A stretch of 32,608 nucleotides of DNA from Planctomycetota bacterium (GTDB lineage Bacteria; Planctomycetota; Phycisphaerae; Phycisphaerales; Phycisphaeraceae), in contig JBCCXV010000001.1 of the NCBI GenBank assembly GCA_039191195.1, positions 1-32,608 on the forward strand, in the 5' to 3' direction. Both the position numbers and the translations under genes were made by a program. Shown in pieces: positions 1 to 7,804 of this stretch (its first letter is position 1; the number at the start of each line of letters is the position of its first letter). The notes beneath the pieces were generated by a model. The model made no database searches, was not told the DNA's origin, and saw nothing but the letters and a program-made list of their open reading frames with translations.

Positions 1-286
1 GAACCGAGCACGGCGTTGAACACCATCGCCGAAAAATACGCCGCAGGCGCATCGACCCCAAACGCCGAGTACGCCAGGTACAGCACCGTTGGGTAAGGGG
101 GCGACTGCACGCTGGTGAGCTGGCGCCCGTTCCACTTCTCGATGAACGAAAAGCCGTGGCCCTCGATCATCTGCGTCGCGATCGCCCGGTGCTCCATGGC
201 GCCGGCCGACTGCGGGTCTTGGTACGACCCGTCGACCAGGATCACGCCCACGCGCAACCCCAGCGCGACCACGAAAATCAGGGCCA
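1..286 (-). CDS. GT-C fold glycosyltransferase, family 39/83 (ArnT/PMT-like). Only the N-terminal part is present; the gene runs off the left edge.
   Basis: Manual minus-strand translation gives WGWLALIFVVALGLRVGVILVDGSYQDPQSAGAMEHRAIATQMIEGHGFSF...SPPYPTVLYLAYSAFG...AMVFNAVLG. This is the TM1 plus first-loop pattern typical of GT39/ArnT-like enzymes. There is no in-frame ATG; a candidate TTG start lies at 286. The ORF is absent from the track because it is truncated at the edge. Confidence 0.55.
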
Positions 287-340
287 ACCACCCCCACGGC
301 GCCGCGGGGGGGCGGGAACCGGTCGGGGCCGAGCTCCTGC

Positions 341-1393
341 TCACGCCGACGCTCCCTCACCGGCAGGCGGAGACGCATCTGCCCCGCCGTCGCCAACTCC
401 GGGGGCGGGGGCGGGGGCGGGGGCGGTGCTGCTTCCGGGGGCGGGGTTATCGACGGTCACGGTGCGGGCCACCAGGAACGTCGGCCGTCCCTTGACCTCG
501 AGGAAGATGCGCGACAGGTACTCGCCGATCACCCCGAGCGCGATCAGGTTGAACGAGAAGCCCAAGAGGATGAGGCACGCGTTGAACGCCCAGCCCGCCG
601 GGCCCTGGCCGAACACCAAGCGGGCCACGATCACGTAAAGGAACACCAGCGCGAAGAACGCCAGGAAGAACACCCCCATCCGGGTGATCAGGCGCAGGGG
701 CGTCGAGCTGAAGCTCACCAGCCCGTCGGAGGCGAGCTTGAGCAGCGACTTGAAGGTGTAGCTGGGCTCGCCGGCCTGGCGGGCGGCGCGTTCGTAGACC
801 ACGCCGGTCTGCTTCAGCCCGACCCAGGTGCGCAGGCCGCGCACGAACCGTTGCCGTTCGGGCAGCCGGTTGAGCAGGTCGACCGCCGAGCGGTCCATCA
901 CGCAGAAGTCGCCCGAATCGAGCGGCATCTCGATCTCGCTCGCGGCCTTGAGCAACCGGTAGAACGCCCAATAGGCGAAGCGCTTGCCGAACCACTCCTT
1001 CCGCTTGGTCCGCACGGCATACACGACCTGGTATCCCTCGCGCCACTTCGCCAAAAACTGCGGCAACACCTCCGGAGGGTCTTGCAGGTCGGCGTCCATC
1101 ACCGCGATCACGTCGCCGGTCGCGGCTTCGAGGCCGGCGGTCACCGCCGCCTGGTGGCCGAAGTTACGCGTCAGGTGCACGGCCTTGACCCGGTCGTCCG
1201 ACGAGGCCTTCTCGTCGAGCAGGTCGCCCGTGCGGTCGCGGCTGCCGTCGTTCACGAACACCGCTTCGAGGCCGAGGCCCAAGCCGCCGAACTCTTCGGA
1301 CATCGCCAACACGCGCTCGAAGGTGCTGGGCAGCACCTCCTGCTCGTTGTGGCAGGGCATGACGATGGACAGCACGTGGGGCGCGTCGGTCAT
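341..1393 (-). CDS. Family 2 glycosyltransferase, polyprenyl-phosphate sugar synthase type (GtrB/ArnC/DPM1-like), with C-terminal TM helices and an Ala/Pro-rich tail.
   Basis: The 350-aa ORF contains LSIVMPCHNEQ...VNDGSRDRT...VMDADLQDPPE, which are GT2 DxD-type motifs. Two hydrophobic helices lie near the C-terminus. ATG start at 1393. Confidence 0.9.
   Translation of the reverse strand: MTDAPHVLSIVMPCHNEQEVLPSTFERVLAMSEEFGGLGLGLEAVFVNDGSRDRTGDLLDEKASSDDRVKAVHLTRNFGHQAAVTAGLEAATGDVIAVMDADLQDPPEVLPQFLAKWREGYQVVYAVRTKRKEWFGKRFAYWAFYRLLKAASEIEMPLDSGDFCVMDRSAVDLLNRLPERQRFVRGLRTWVGLKQTGVVYERAARQAGEPSYTFKSLLKLASDGLVSFSSTPLRLITRMGVFFLAFFALVFLYVIVARLVFGQGPAGWAFNACLILLGFSFNLIALGVIGEYLSRIFLEVKGRPTFLVARTVTVDNPAPGSSTAPAPAPAPGVGDGGADASPPAGEGASA
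401..423 (+). repeat. (GGGGGC)n hexanucleotide tract: G5-C-G5-C-G5-C-G5, a canonical G-quadruplex motif.
   Basis: Read directly from 401-423, gggggcgggggcgggggcggggg. It lies on the non-coding strand of the GT2 gene tail and encodes the APAPAPAP segment. Confidence 0.8.
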
Positions 1394-1502
1394 GGAGGGT
1401 TAAGCGGTGCGGGGCGGCAGGACCGCAGCGTGATAGCACAAACCGGGGTCCGGGGTCAGCGATCGGCGAGAGACCTTCTCCCGCGACAACACGGGCCGGC
1501 GC

Positions 1503-3050
1503 TTAGGCCGATCCGAGCGCCGGCCCGCGCGGCGCGATCGGCGGGCCGTGCGGGGGCGCGTCCGGGGGTACATCCGGCGGAGGCTCGGGCGGCGCATCGG
1601 GGGCGGACTCCGCCTCGGGCAACGCGTCCGTCGCCGGGCCCGACGACTGGGGCCCCGCACGACGGCGCATCGGGCGCGCGGCGCCCGCGCCGACCCGGAA
1701 GGTCGCCAGCGTGCCCACCGCCGCGCCCACCATCATGTGGTAAGGCTGCGCCTCCATGCGGTTGAAGATCGAGTCGGTCATCAGCATCGCGCAGACGAAG
1801 GCGATCGCCGCCGCGGCGCCGGCCGGCCCGAACCAGTACTTCAGCGGGACCCGCTTCACCAGCAGGATCGCCGGCATCGTCAGGTACAGGATCAGCGATC
1901 CGAGCCCCACAAAGCCCGTCGTACCGAACGCGATCACCCACCAGCCGTCGGGCACGGTGATGCGATCGGCGTAGCGTTCGGCCTGGGCGCTGAGGCTGCC
2001 GTCGATACGCCCGTGCCAGCGGTCCCACCCGGCCCAGCCGAACAGCGGCCGCTCGAGCCCGCGCTGGATGAAGGCGTTCTCGTTCATCATCCGCCCGCCG
2101 AGCGACATGGCCCGCTCGTCGTCGAACTTGTGCGCCAGGTTCAGCAGCTCGAAGCCCTGCCACCCCAGCACCCGCACGGTGATGTACAGCGGCGCGGCCA
2201 TCGCCATCACCACCAGGATCCACTTGAGTTTCGTGACATAGATCACGGCCATCGCCGCCAGGAACGCCAGCATGAGCCCGATCGCCCCGGTCGACTTGGT
2301 GACGATGCCCATGCCGATCATCCCGGGCGCGACCATCCACATCGGGAACACCCACATCTTCTTGACCGAACCCGAGACCCAGAGCCAGGTCGCCGCGACG
2401 GCCGCCGAGCACATGAACAGCCCCGTCATCAGGCCGTGCCACATGAACACCCGGGGGCGGAAGCCGCCCAAGCGCATGGCCATCGCGAAGTCGGTCGCGT
2501 GGTAGCCGTACACCCAGCGGTGGAACTGTGGCGTCATCCTGGCCTCGATCAAACAGAACGGCGCGTACACCATCGCCGCCGTGACGAACGCCTTGACCAG
2601 CCGCAGCATCCCGGGGCCGTCGGAGAAATACAGCCGGCCGGCGAAGTACGGCACGCCCCAGGTCAAGACGTTGGGCAACACCAACGACAGCGACCCGTGC
2701 ACCGCGCGCAACGGCGAGTAGCCGAAGTACTCGAAGTTCATGAAGCACGAGATCACCGGGATGAACACGAACGTGAGCGCGAGCCAGTCGATCGCCTTGA
2801 ACCGGAACGCCAGCACCCGCCCGAGGTCGAACAGCACCATGCCGATGGCCACCGCGTAGCCCGGCGCCGTGGTCTTGCGGACCTTGGGCAGCAGCGGCAG
2901 GTTGAACGCTTCGGCGTCCGAGATGTTGGGCAGGAACATCCAGCCCAAGAAGAAGATCAGCAGCACCGCCCGGGGCGCCGGCATCAGCAGGAACAGCAGC
3001 GGCGTCGCCAGCGTGAACGTCAGGATCACCATCACGGGATCGATGGTCAT
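1503..3050 (-). CDS. O-antigen ligase/polymerase family membrane protein (Wzy/WaaL-like).
   Basis: The 515-aa ORF is polytopic, with 10 or more hydrophobic helices. It has a large loop followed by ERPLFGWAGWDRW and DGWWVIAFGTTGFVGLGSL, resembling Wzy_C/O-antigen-ligase motifs. The C-terminal tail is Pro-rich. Its ATG overlaps the upstream stop (ATGA at 3047-3050). Confidence 0.7.
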   Translation of the reverse strand: MTIDPVMVILTFTLATPLLFLLMPAPRAVLLIFFLGWMFLPNISDAEAFNLPLLPKVRKTTAPGYAVAIGMVLFDLGRVLAFRFKAIDWLALTFVFIPVISCFMNFEYFGYSPLRAVHGSLSLVLPNVLTWGVPYFAGRLYFSDGPGMLRLVKAFVTAAMVYAPFCLIEARMTPQFHRWVYGYHATDFAMAMRLGGFRPRVFMWHGLMTGLFMCSAAVAATWLWVSGSVKKMWVFPMWMVAPGMIGMGIVTKSTGAIGLMLAFLAAMAVIYVTKLKWILVVMAMAAPLYITVRVLGWQGFELLNLAHKFDDERAMSLGGRMMNENAFIQRGLERPLFGWAGWDRWHGRIDGSLSAQAERYADRITVPDGWWVIAFGTTGFVGLGSLILYLTMPAILLVKRVPLKYWFGPAGAAAAIAFVCAMLMTDSIFNRMEAQPYHMMVGAAVGTLATFRVGAGAARPMRRRAGPQSSGPATDALPEAESAPDAPPEPPPDVPPDAPPHGPPIAPRGPALGSA

Positions 3051-4192
3051 GCCCCAGCCCCCCCCGCCGACGGCGTCCCCCCGCTAGCCCCGGCGCCGGC
3101 CGTGTGGCGCTCGGCGGCCCGGCGGACCGCGGCTTCAAACCGATCGGCCGCGTGTTCCCACGTCCAGCCCGACGCCACGGCCCGGGCCCGCTCGGACCGC
3201 TCGGACCAGGCCTCGGAAGACAGCCCGGCGCACGCCACGATCGCCCGGGCCATCGCCGGGGCGTCGTCCACGTCCACCAACCAGCCCCCACCAGGCGGGG
3301 CGAGGTCGGGCGCGGCGCCGGCACGGGTCGCGATCACGGGGGTTCGACAGGCCATCGCTTCCAAGATCGGCAATCCGAAGCCCTCAATCCTCGAACCGAA
3401 CAGCCAGGCGTCGGCCGAGGCGTAAACCCGGTTCATCGTCTCAGGATCGGGCCGGAGCACAAAGTCCGATTCTGCCGGAAGCGGTAACTCGGGCGTCGGG
3501 GCTTGGCCGCCGAAGGCGACGAGCCGAAGGTCGGGCACGTCCCGCTTGGCCATGTCGAACGCCGCCAGGGAGACGTCGCACCCCTTGAAATGCGTCGGGG
3601 CGCACATCAGGCCGACCGTCGGCGCCGCGGCCTTACCCCGGGGCGGGGCCTGGAACCGCTCGGCGTCCACGGCGTTAGGCACAACCTCGGCCTCGGCGTC
3701 GCCGAACTCGTCCCGCAACATCTGGCCCAACCAGTCGGCCACGGCGACCTTGGCGATCGGCAGCCGGTACGTCGCCGCGACCCGCTCTTCCTGCCCGGGC
3801 GAGATCACCCGCTCGTCGTGCTGCACCAGGTACACCGGAGCTCCCTTGGCCGGAGACAAGCCCGACACGGCCTCGGCCGTCGGCCAGAACGTCGCCACGA
3901 CGACGTCGGCGTCGGGCAGGTCGGCGTCGGTCACCGGGCGCGGTCGGTCGAGCACCGTGTGGTCGTCGACGACGCCGTCGAGATGCGAACCCTCGGTCTT
4001 TGGACGGCCGGCGTTCCAGCCCTCGCCCCGCAGCACGCCCTTAACCCGCCTCCGCAGGCTCGGCTGCGGCCGCGGCCACGACACCGCCGACACGTGCCAG
4101 CCGCGCTTCCGAAGCGCCTCGGCGTAGATCGCCACCACGCGCACCCCGCCCGACAACCCGGCGTGCGGCAACACAAAGGTGATCCGGCTCAT
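3047..4192 (-). CDS. Family 4 (GT-B fold, 'group 1') glycosyltransferase.
   Basis: Within ORF 3047..4345 the likely start is MSRITFVLPHAGLSGGVRVV at 4192. The C-terminal half carries the GT4 signature FGSRIEGFGLPILEAMACRTPVIATRAGA. The ATG overlaps the upstream stop (ATGA at 4189-4192). Confidence 0.85.
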   Translation of the reverse strand: MSRITFVLPHAGLSGGVRVVAIYAEALRKRGWHVSAVSWPRPQPSLRRRVKGVLRGEGWNAGRPKTEGSHLDGVVDDHTVLDRPRPVTDADLPDADVVVATFWPTAEAVSGLSPAKGAPVYLVQHDERVISPGQEERVAATYRLPIAKVAVADWLGQMLRDEFGDAEAEVVPNAVDAERFQAPPRGKAAAPTVGLMCAPTHFKGCDVSLAAFDMAKRDVPDLRLVAFGGQAPTPELPLPAESDFVLRPDPETMNRVYASADAWLFGSRIEGFGLPILEAMACRTPVIATRAGAAPDLAPPGGGWLVDVDDAPAMARAIVACAGLSSEAWSERSERARAVASGWTWEHAADRFEAAVRRAAERHTAGAGASGGTPSAGGAGA

Positions 4193-5205
4193 GACGACTC
4201 CGCCCTGCCCGCGCCGGGCGCCAGGCTGCGCAGGCCCATCACGACCAGCCCGCGCCACATCCCCAGGTGCGACGGGCGCGCCAAACACGCCCGCGTCATC
4301 GTGCACAAACCCGCCAGGCGCTTGCCCGACCGGTGCTCGGCCCACGCGCGCCCGCAGAGCAGGTGCGCCGCGTGCGCCGCCGCCGACTGACGGGGCGCTG
4401 CGCCCGCCGGCGTTTCGCCATGCACCACATCCGCCGGAGATTCTGGCGGTTCCGGGGGCTCGCCCCGGTCCAGGTCATCTTGCCCGGACTCCAGGCGTTG
4501 CAAGGCGAAACGCTTGGCGCAGTCGGTGAACCAGACCCGCCGGCCCGACGCCGTCTGGTGCGTAATCGACGCGTCGAGCAACCGGTACCGGTACGCCGAG
4601 CCGGGCTCGAACCGCACCCCGCCGCGCGAAGCCAAACGGCACTGCAGGTCCAAATCTTCGGCGATCTCGAAGAACGGCCGACACCCGCCGAGCTCGCGCA
4701 CGAGTTCGGTCCGCATCGCATAAGTGCACAGGTGCGTGCGCGTCTTGCCGTGGAGCAGCTCGTCGGTCAGGTCGACCGGGTCGGTCCCGAGATCGGGTTT
4801 GACCTCCGACAACGCACGGCCCTGCCGGTCGATCATGACGAACGGCCCGCAAACGGCGGCGAGCTCCGCGTCTTCTTCGAGCGAAGCCAGTTGACGCCCG
4901 ACCCGGCCCGGCTCGTACACGTCGTCGGCGTCGCACCGCATGAGCACCCCGCCACGGGCCTCGGCCAGCCCGGCGTTGAACGCCGCCGAGATGCCTCGCC
5001 GCGGACCCGGGACCACGCGGATGCGCGCGTCGCTCAACTCGGCCACGGCGTCGGCGGAGCCGTCGGTCGAGCCGTCGTCGATCACCACGACCTCCAGCGC
5101 CTCGGGCGGGCAGCCCGGCTCGTCGAGGATCGAGCGCAGGGCCTCGGCCACCCAGGGCCGGGCGTTGCGCATGGGCATGACAACGGTGACGCGCGGGTCG
5201 GGCAT
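4189..5205 (-). CDS. Family 2 glycosyltransferase.
   Basis: Within ORF 4189..5781 the likely start is MPDPRVTVVMPMRNARPWVAEAL at 5205. Motifs VVVIDDGSTDGS and RCDADD are typical of GT2. Confidence 0.8.
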   Translation of the reverse strand: MPDPRVTVVMPMRNARPWVAEALRSILDEPGCPPEALEVVVIDDGSTDGSADAVAELSDARIRVVPGPRRGISAAFNAGLAEARGGVLMRCDADDVYEPGRVGRQLASLEEDAELAAVCGPFVMIDRQGRALSEVKPDLGTDPVDLTDELLHGKTRTHLCTYAMRTELVRELGGCRPFFEIAEDLDLQCRLASRGGVRFEPGSAYRYRLLDASITHQTASGRRVWFTDCAKRFALQRLESGQDDLDRGEPPEPPESPADVVHGETPAGAAPRQSAAAHAAHLLCGRAWAEHRSGKRLAGLCTMTRACLARPSHLGMWRGLVVMGLRSLAPGAGRAESS

Positions 5206-5222
5206 GGGCCTCCGGGGCCACT

Positions 5223-6200
5223 CTATCGGCCGGCGGCGTCCGGGCCGTCGCGGGCGTCTGAGCCGGAACGTGAACCCGGGCCGGGCGACGTGAGCACGGC
5301 CTTGGCCGCGAGCCGCCAGCCGCGGATGCTCCAGGGCTTGGCCGCCGCCGCCTTGAGCCCGTAGATCGCCGCCGTGGACCGCTCGCCGCTGTGGTAGGCC
5401 CACCAGCCAAACTGCAGGTGGAAGGCTTGCCTCGAGGCCCGGTCCGACCCCGGCCGCCAGGGGGTTTCCTCGAACACGGCGTCGACGCCGCGGCGCTCGC
5501 CGGCCCGGCGGACGGCCGTCCGCGCGTCTTCCTCCTGGATATCGCGCTTGGTCTCGCTCACCCCGCCCGGGTGCATCCGGTACCGCTGCCAGGCGCCGGG
5601 CAGGTTCGCAAGCGCGCCCACCTCGCCCAAGCGAAGCCAGAGGTCGAGGTCGATGGCGTAGCGGAGGTCGGCGCTGTACCCACCGACCTTCTCGACGGCG
5701 TCCCGCCGCAAGATCGACCCGGTGTGCCAGACCGCGCAGTGCCCCTGCAGCAGCATCGACTGGATCGTCGCGTCGTCGCACGGCGGCCGGATGGTGGTGA
5801 GAAAGCGGTCCTTGGCGTCGATGTACTCGACCGCGCAGCCCGCCGCGGCGACCCCCGCACCCTCGCCTTGCATGAACGCCACCTGCGCCGTCAGACGGCC
5901 GGGCTTGGCCAGGTCGTCGGCGTCCATGCGGGCGATCAGCGGCGCCCGGGTCTCGGCGATCATCCGGTTCGCCGCCGCCGAGATGCCGGCGTTGTCCTGG
6001 CGGATCACCCGGACTCGCGCATCCCGCTTTGCAACTCGCGCCAAGATATCGGGGGAGGCGTCCGTCGAACCATCGTCGACCACGACAAGCTCGAAGTCCT
6101 CAAAGTCTTGAGACAACAAGCTGCCCAGCGCAGCGGACAGGTACCGCTGGCCGTTGTAGACCGTCATGCCGACCGATAGCGAAGGCTCGCGGTTCGTCAC
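5223..6200 (-). CDS. Family 2 glycosyltransferase.
   Basis: Contains LSVGMTVYNGQRYL...LVVVDDGSTDAS...RMDADD. The preferred start is GTG at 6200, which gives a GTGA overlap with the flippase stop. The track start at 6221 is the alternative. Confidence 0.85.
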   Translation of the reverse strand: MTNREPSLSVGMTVYNGQRYLSAALGSLLSQDFEDFELVVVDDGSTDASPDILARVAKRDARVRVIRQDNAGISAAANRMIAETRAPLIARMDADDLAKPGRLTAQVAFMQGEGAGVAAAGCAVEYIDAKDRFLTTIRPPCDDATIQSMLLQGHCAVWHTGSILRRDAVEKVGGYSADLRYAIDLDLWLRLGEVGALANLPGAWQRYRMHPGGVSETKRDIQEEDARTAVRRAGERRGVDAVFEETPWRPGSDRASRQAFHLQFGWWAYHSGERSTAAIYGLKAAAAKPWSIRGWRLAAKAVLTSPGPGSRSGSDARDGPDAAGR

Positions 6201-7642
6201 GGCTTGATGCTCCAGAACCACCCGATCGTCAGCGCCGAAAAGGCGATGGCGCCCACCGCGAGCAGCGTCGCCAGCAGCAGCACCTTCACGTCAAAGGCCC
6301 GCTGCCAAAAGCCGGCCTTGCTCGAGAGCCAGCACTCGACGCAGTAGCGCACGTATCCGGTGACCGCCATGCCCAAGAAGAAGCCGTCGACCCCTGCCAA
6401 GGCATAGCCCGCCAGCACGCACGACGTGCTCACAAAGAACTGGCCGACCACGGAGTAGAAGTTGAGCTTGGGCTGCCCGGTCGCCAGGTAGGCCTGGCCG
6501 TAGGTCGTGACCACCATGCCGGCGAGCGAGCTGCACGCGAGCACCTGCACGATGAAGCCGGCCGAGGCGTACTCCACCGGCAGCACCACGACGACGAACG
6601 CCGGGCCCAGCGCCAGCGCCAACAGGTTCATCACCGTAAGCGGGATGACCATCGCCCGGCGGACGCGCAGCAGCTTGGCGTTGAACTGGTCGCGGTCGCG
6701 CCGGTACAACTCCGAGAGCGCCGGGAAGCCGACGAACCCGCCCAGCCGTTGGGCCAGGTTCCGGCTGACCGAGCCCAGCTGCACGCCGATCCAGAACACG
6801 CCCATCGTGCTCATGGGCACCAGGAAGCTGAAGATGAGCTTGTCGGTCTGCGCCGCAAAGAACGTGACCACCGTCCCGAAGAACACCCACAGGCCGAAGC
6901 GCACCTGCGCCCGGATGGCTTCCTTATCCCAAGCAAAGCTGTTGCGGATGCCCGGGATCAGCGTGTGCGACCAAACCGTGGCGGCCAACGTGCCGAGCAC
7001 CGAGCCGATCGCCAGCGCCCAGACCGAGTCGATCACCTTCCAGGCCAGCACCAGCGTGGCGACGGCCGCGAACACCTGGGTGCACAACTGCATCACGACC
7101 ACGGGCTTGAGGTCGAGCTTCCGCTTGGCGACGACCACCCGGGTCGACTTCAGGCCGTCGATGATCGCGTTGAGGCCGACGAACGGCAGCAGCGCGACGA
7201 ACGCCGGCTCGTTGTAAGCCATCGACACCGGGTAGGCGATCGCGCAGCTCACGCCCCAGAGCACGACGCCGCGCAGCGCTTGGAGCGTCCAGGCGGTGTT
7301 GACGAAGCGGTCGTCGTCGCGCTTCGACTGGATCACCGCGGCGCTGGTGCCCAGGTCGGAGAGCATCTGCAGCGCGCTGAGGAAGATGGTGACTACGGCC
7401 ATCAGGCCGAAGGCCTCGGGCGCCAGCAGGCGGGTGAGGATCAGGCTGTTGGCCAGCCGGATGATCTGCGACAGGCCGTAGGCGCCGGCCGACCACTTGC
7501 CGCCGGAGACCGCGCGCTTCTTGAGCGAGCCGGCGTCGGGCTTGGCGCCCGAGGCCGGCGGAGCCGCTTCGACCGGCGCGGGAGCGTCGGCGGACGATGG
7601 CGCGGCGCCCGGAGCGTCGGCGGGGTCGTGCGGGTCGGTCAC
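6197..7642 (-). CDS. wzx: Wzx-type oligosaccharide flippase / polysaccharide biosynthesis protein (MOP superfamily).
   Basis: The 481-aa ORF has about 12 hydrophobic helices. Its N-terminal motif GGKWSAGAYGLSQIIRLANSLILTRLLAPEAFGLMA is typical of Wzx/'polysaccharide biosynthesis protein' families. GTG start at 7642. Confidence 0.85.
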   Translation of the reverse strand: MTDPHDPADAPGAAPSSADAPAPVEAAPPASGAKPDAGSLKKRAVSGGKWSAGAYGLSQIIRLANSLILTRLLAPEAFGLMAVVTIFLSALQMLSDLGTSAAVIQSKRDDDRFVNTAWTLQALRGVVLWGVSCAIAYPVSMAYNEPAFVALLPFVGLNAIIDGLKSTRVVVAKRKLDLKPVVVMQLCTQVFAAVATLVLAWKVIDSVWALAIGSVLGTLAATVWSHTLIPGIRNSFAWDKEAIRAQVRFGLWVFFGTVVTFFAAQTDKLIFSFLVPMSTMGVFWIGVQLGSVSRNLAQRLGGFVGFPALSELYRRDRDQFNAKLLRVRRAMVIPLTVMNLLALALGPAFVVVVLPVEYASAGFIVQVLACSSLAGMVVTTYGQAYLATGQPKLNFYSVVGQFFVSTSCVLAGYALAGVDGFFLGMAVTGYVRYCVECWLSSKAGFWQRAFDVKVLLLATLLAVGAIAFSALTIGWFWSIKP

Positions 7643-7804
7643 GGGCGGGCCTCGGCGCGCAATCGATCTTCCTTCCGCGCCCGGGGATCAGGCGGGGTCA
7701 GACTAACGATCGGTTGTCGGGGCCTCCGGGCTGCGGCGAAGGGCCTTACGGGCGGCCGGCGCGTCACGAGAGACGATCGGACTCCCTTCGTCGCGGGGCC
7801 GGGC

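Noticed and set aside
3058-3065. C8 (G8 on the coding strand) homopolymer near the GT4 stop / Wzy start, considered as a phase-variation switch.
   Set aside because: It lies in the last few codons of GT4 and 8-15 nt upstream of the Wzy ATG, so it may simply serve as a G-rich ribosome-binding region. Without population data there is no evidence of length variation.
1456-3425. 622-aa (minus) and 625-aa (plus) ORFs overlapping the Wzy-like gene.
   Set aside because: The 1503..3050 frame gives a coherent polytopic membrane protein that is start/stop-coupled to its neighbours. The other frames are low-complexity Arg/Gly/His-rich shadows.
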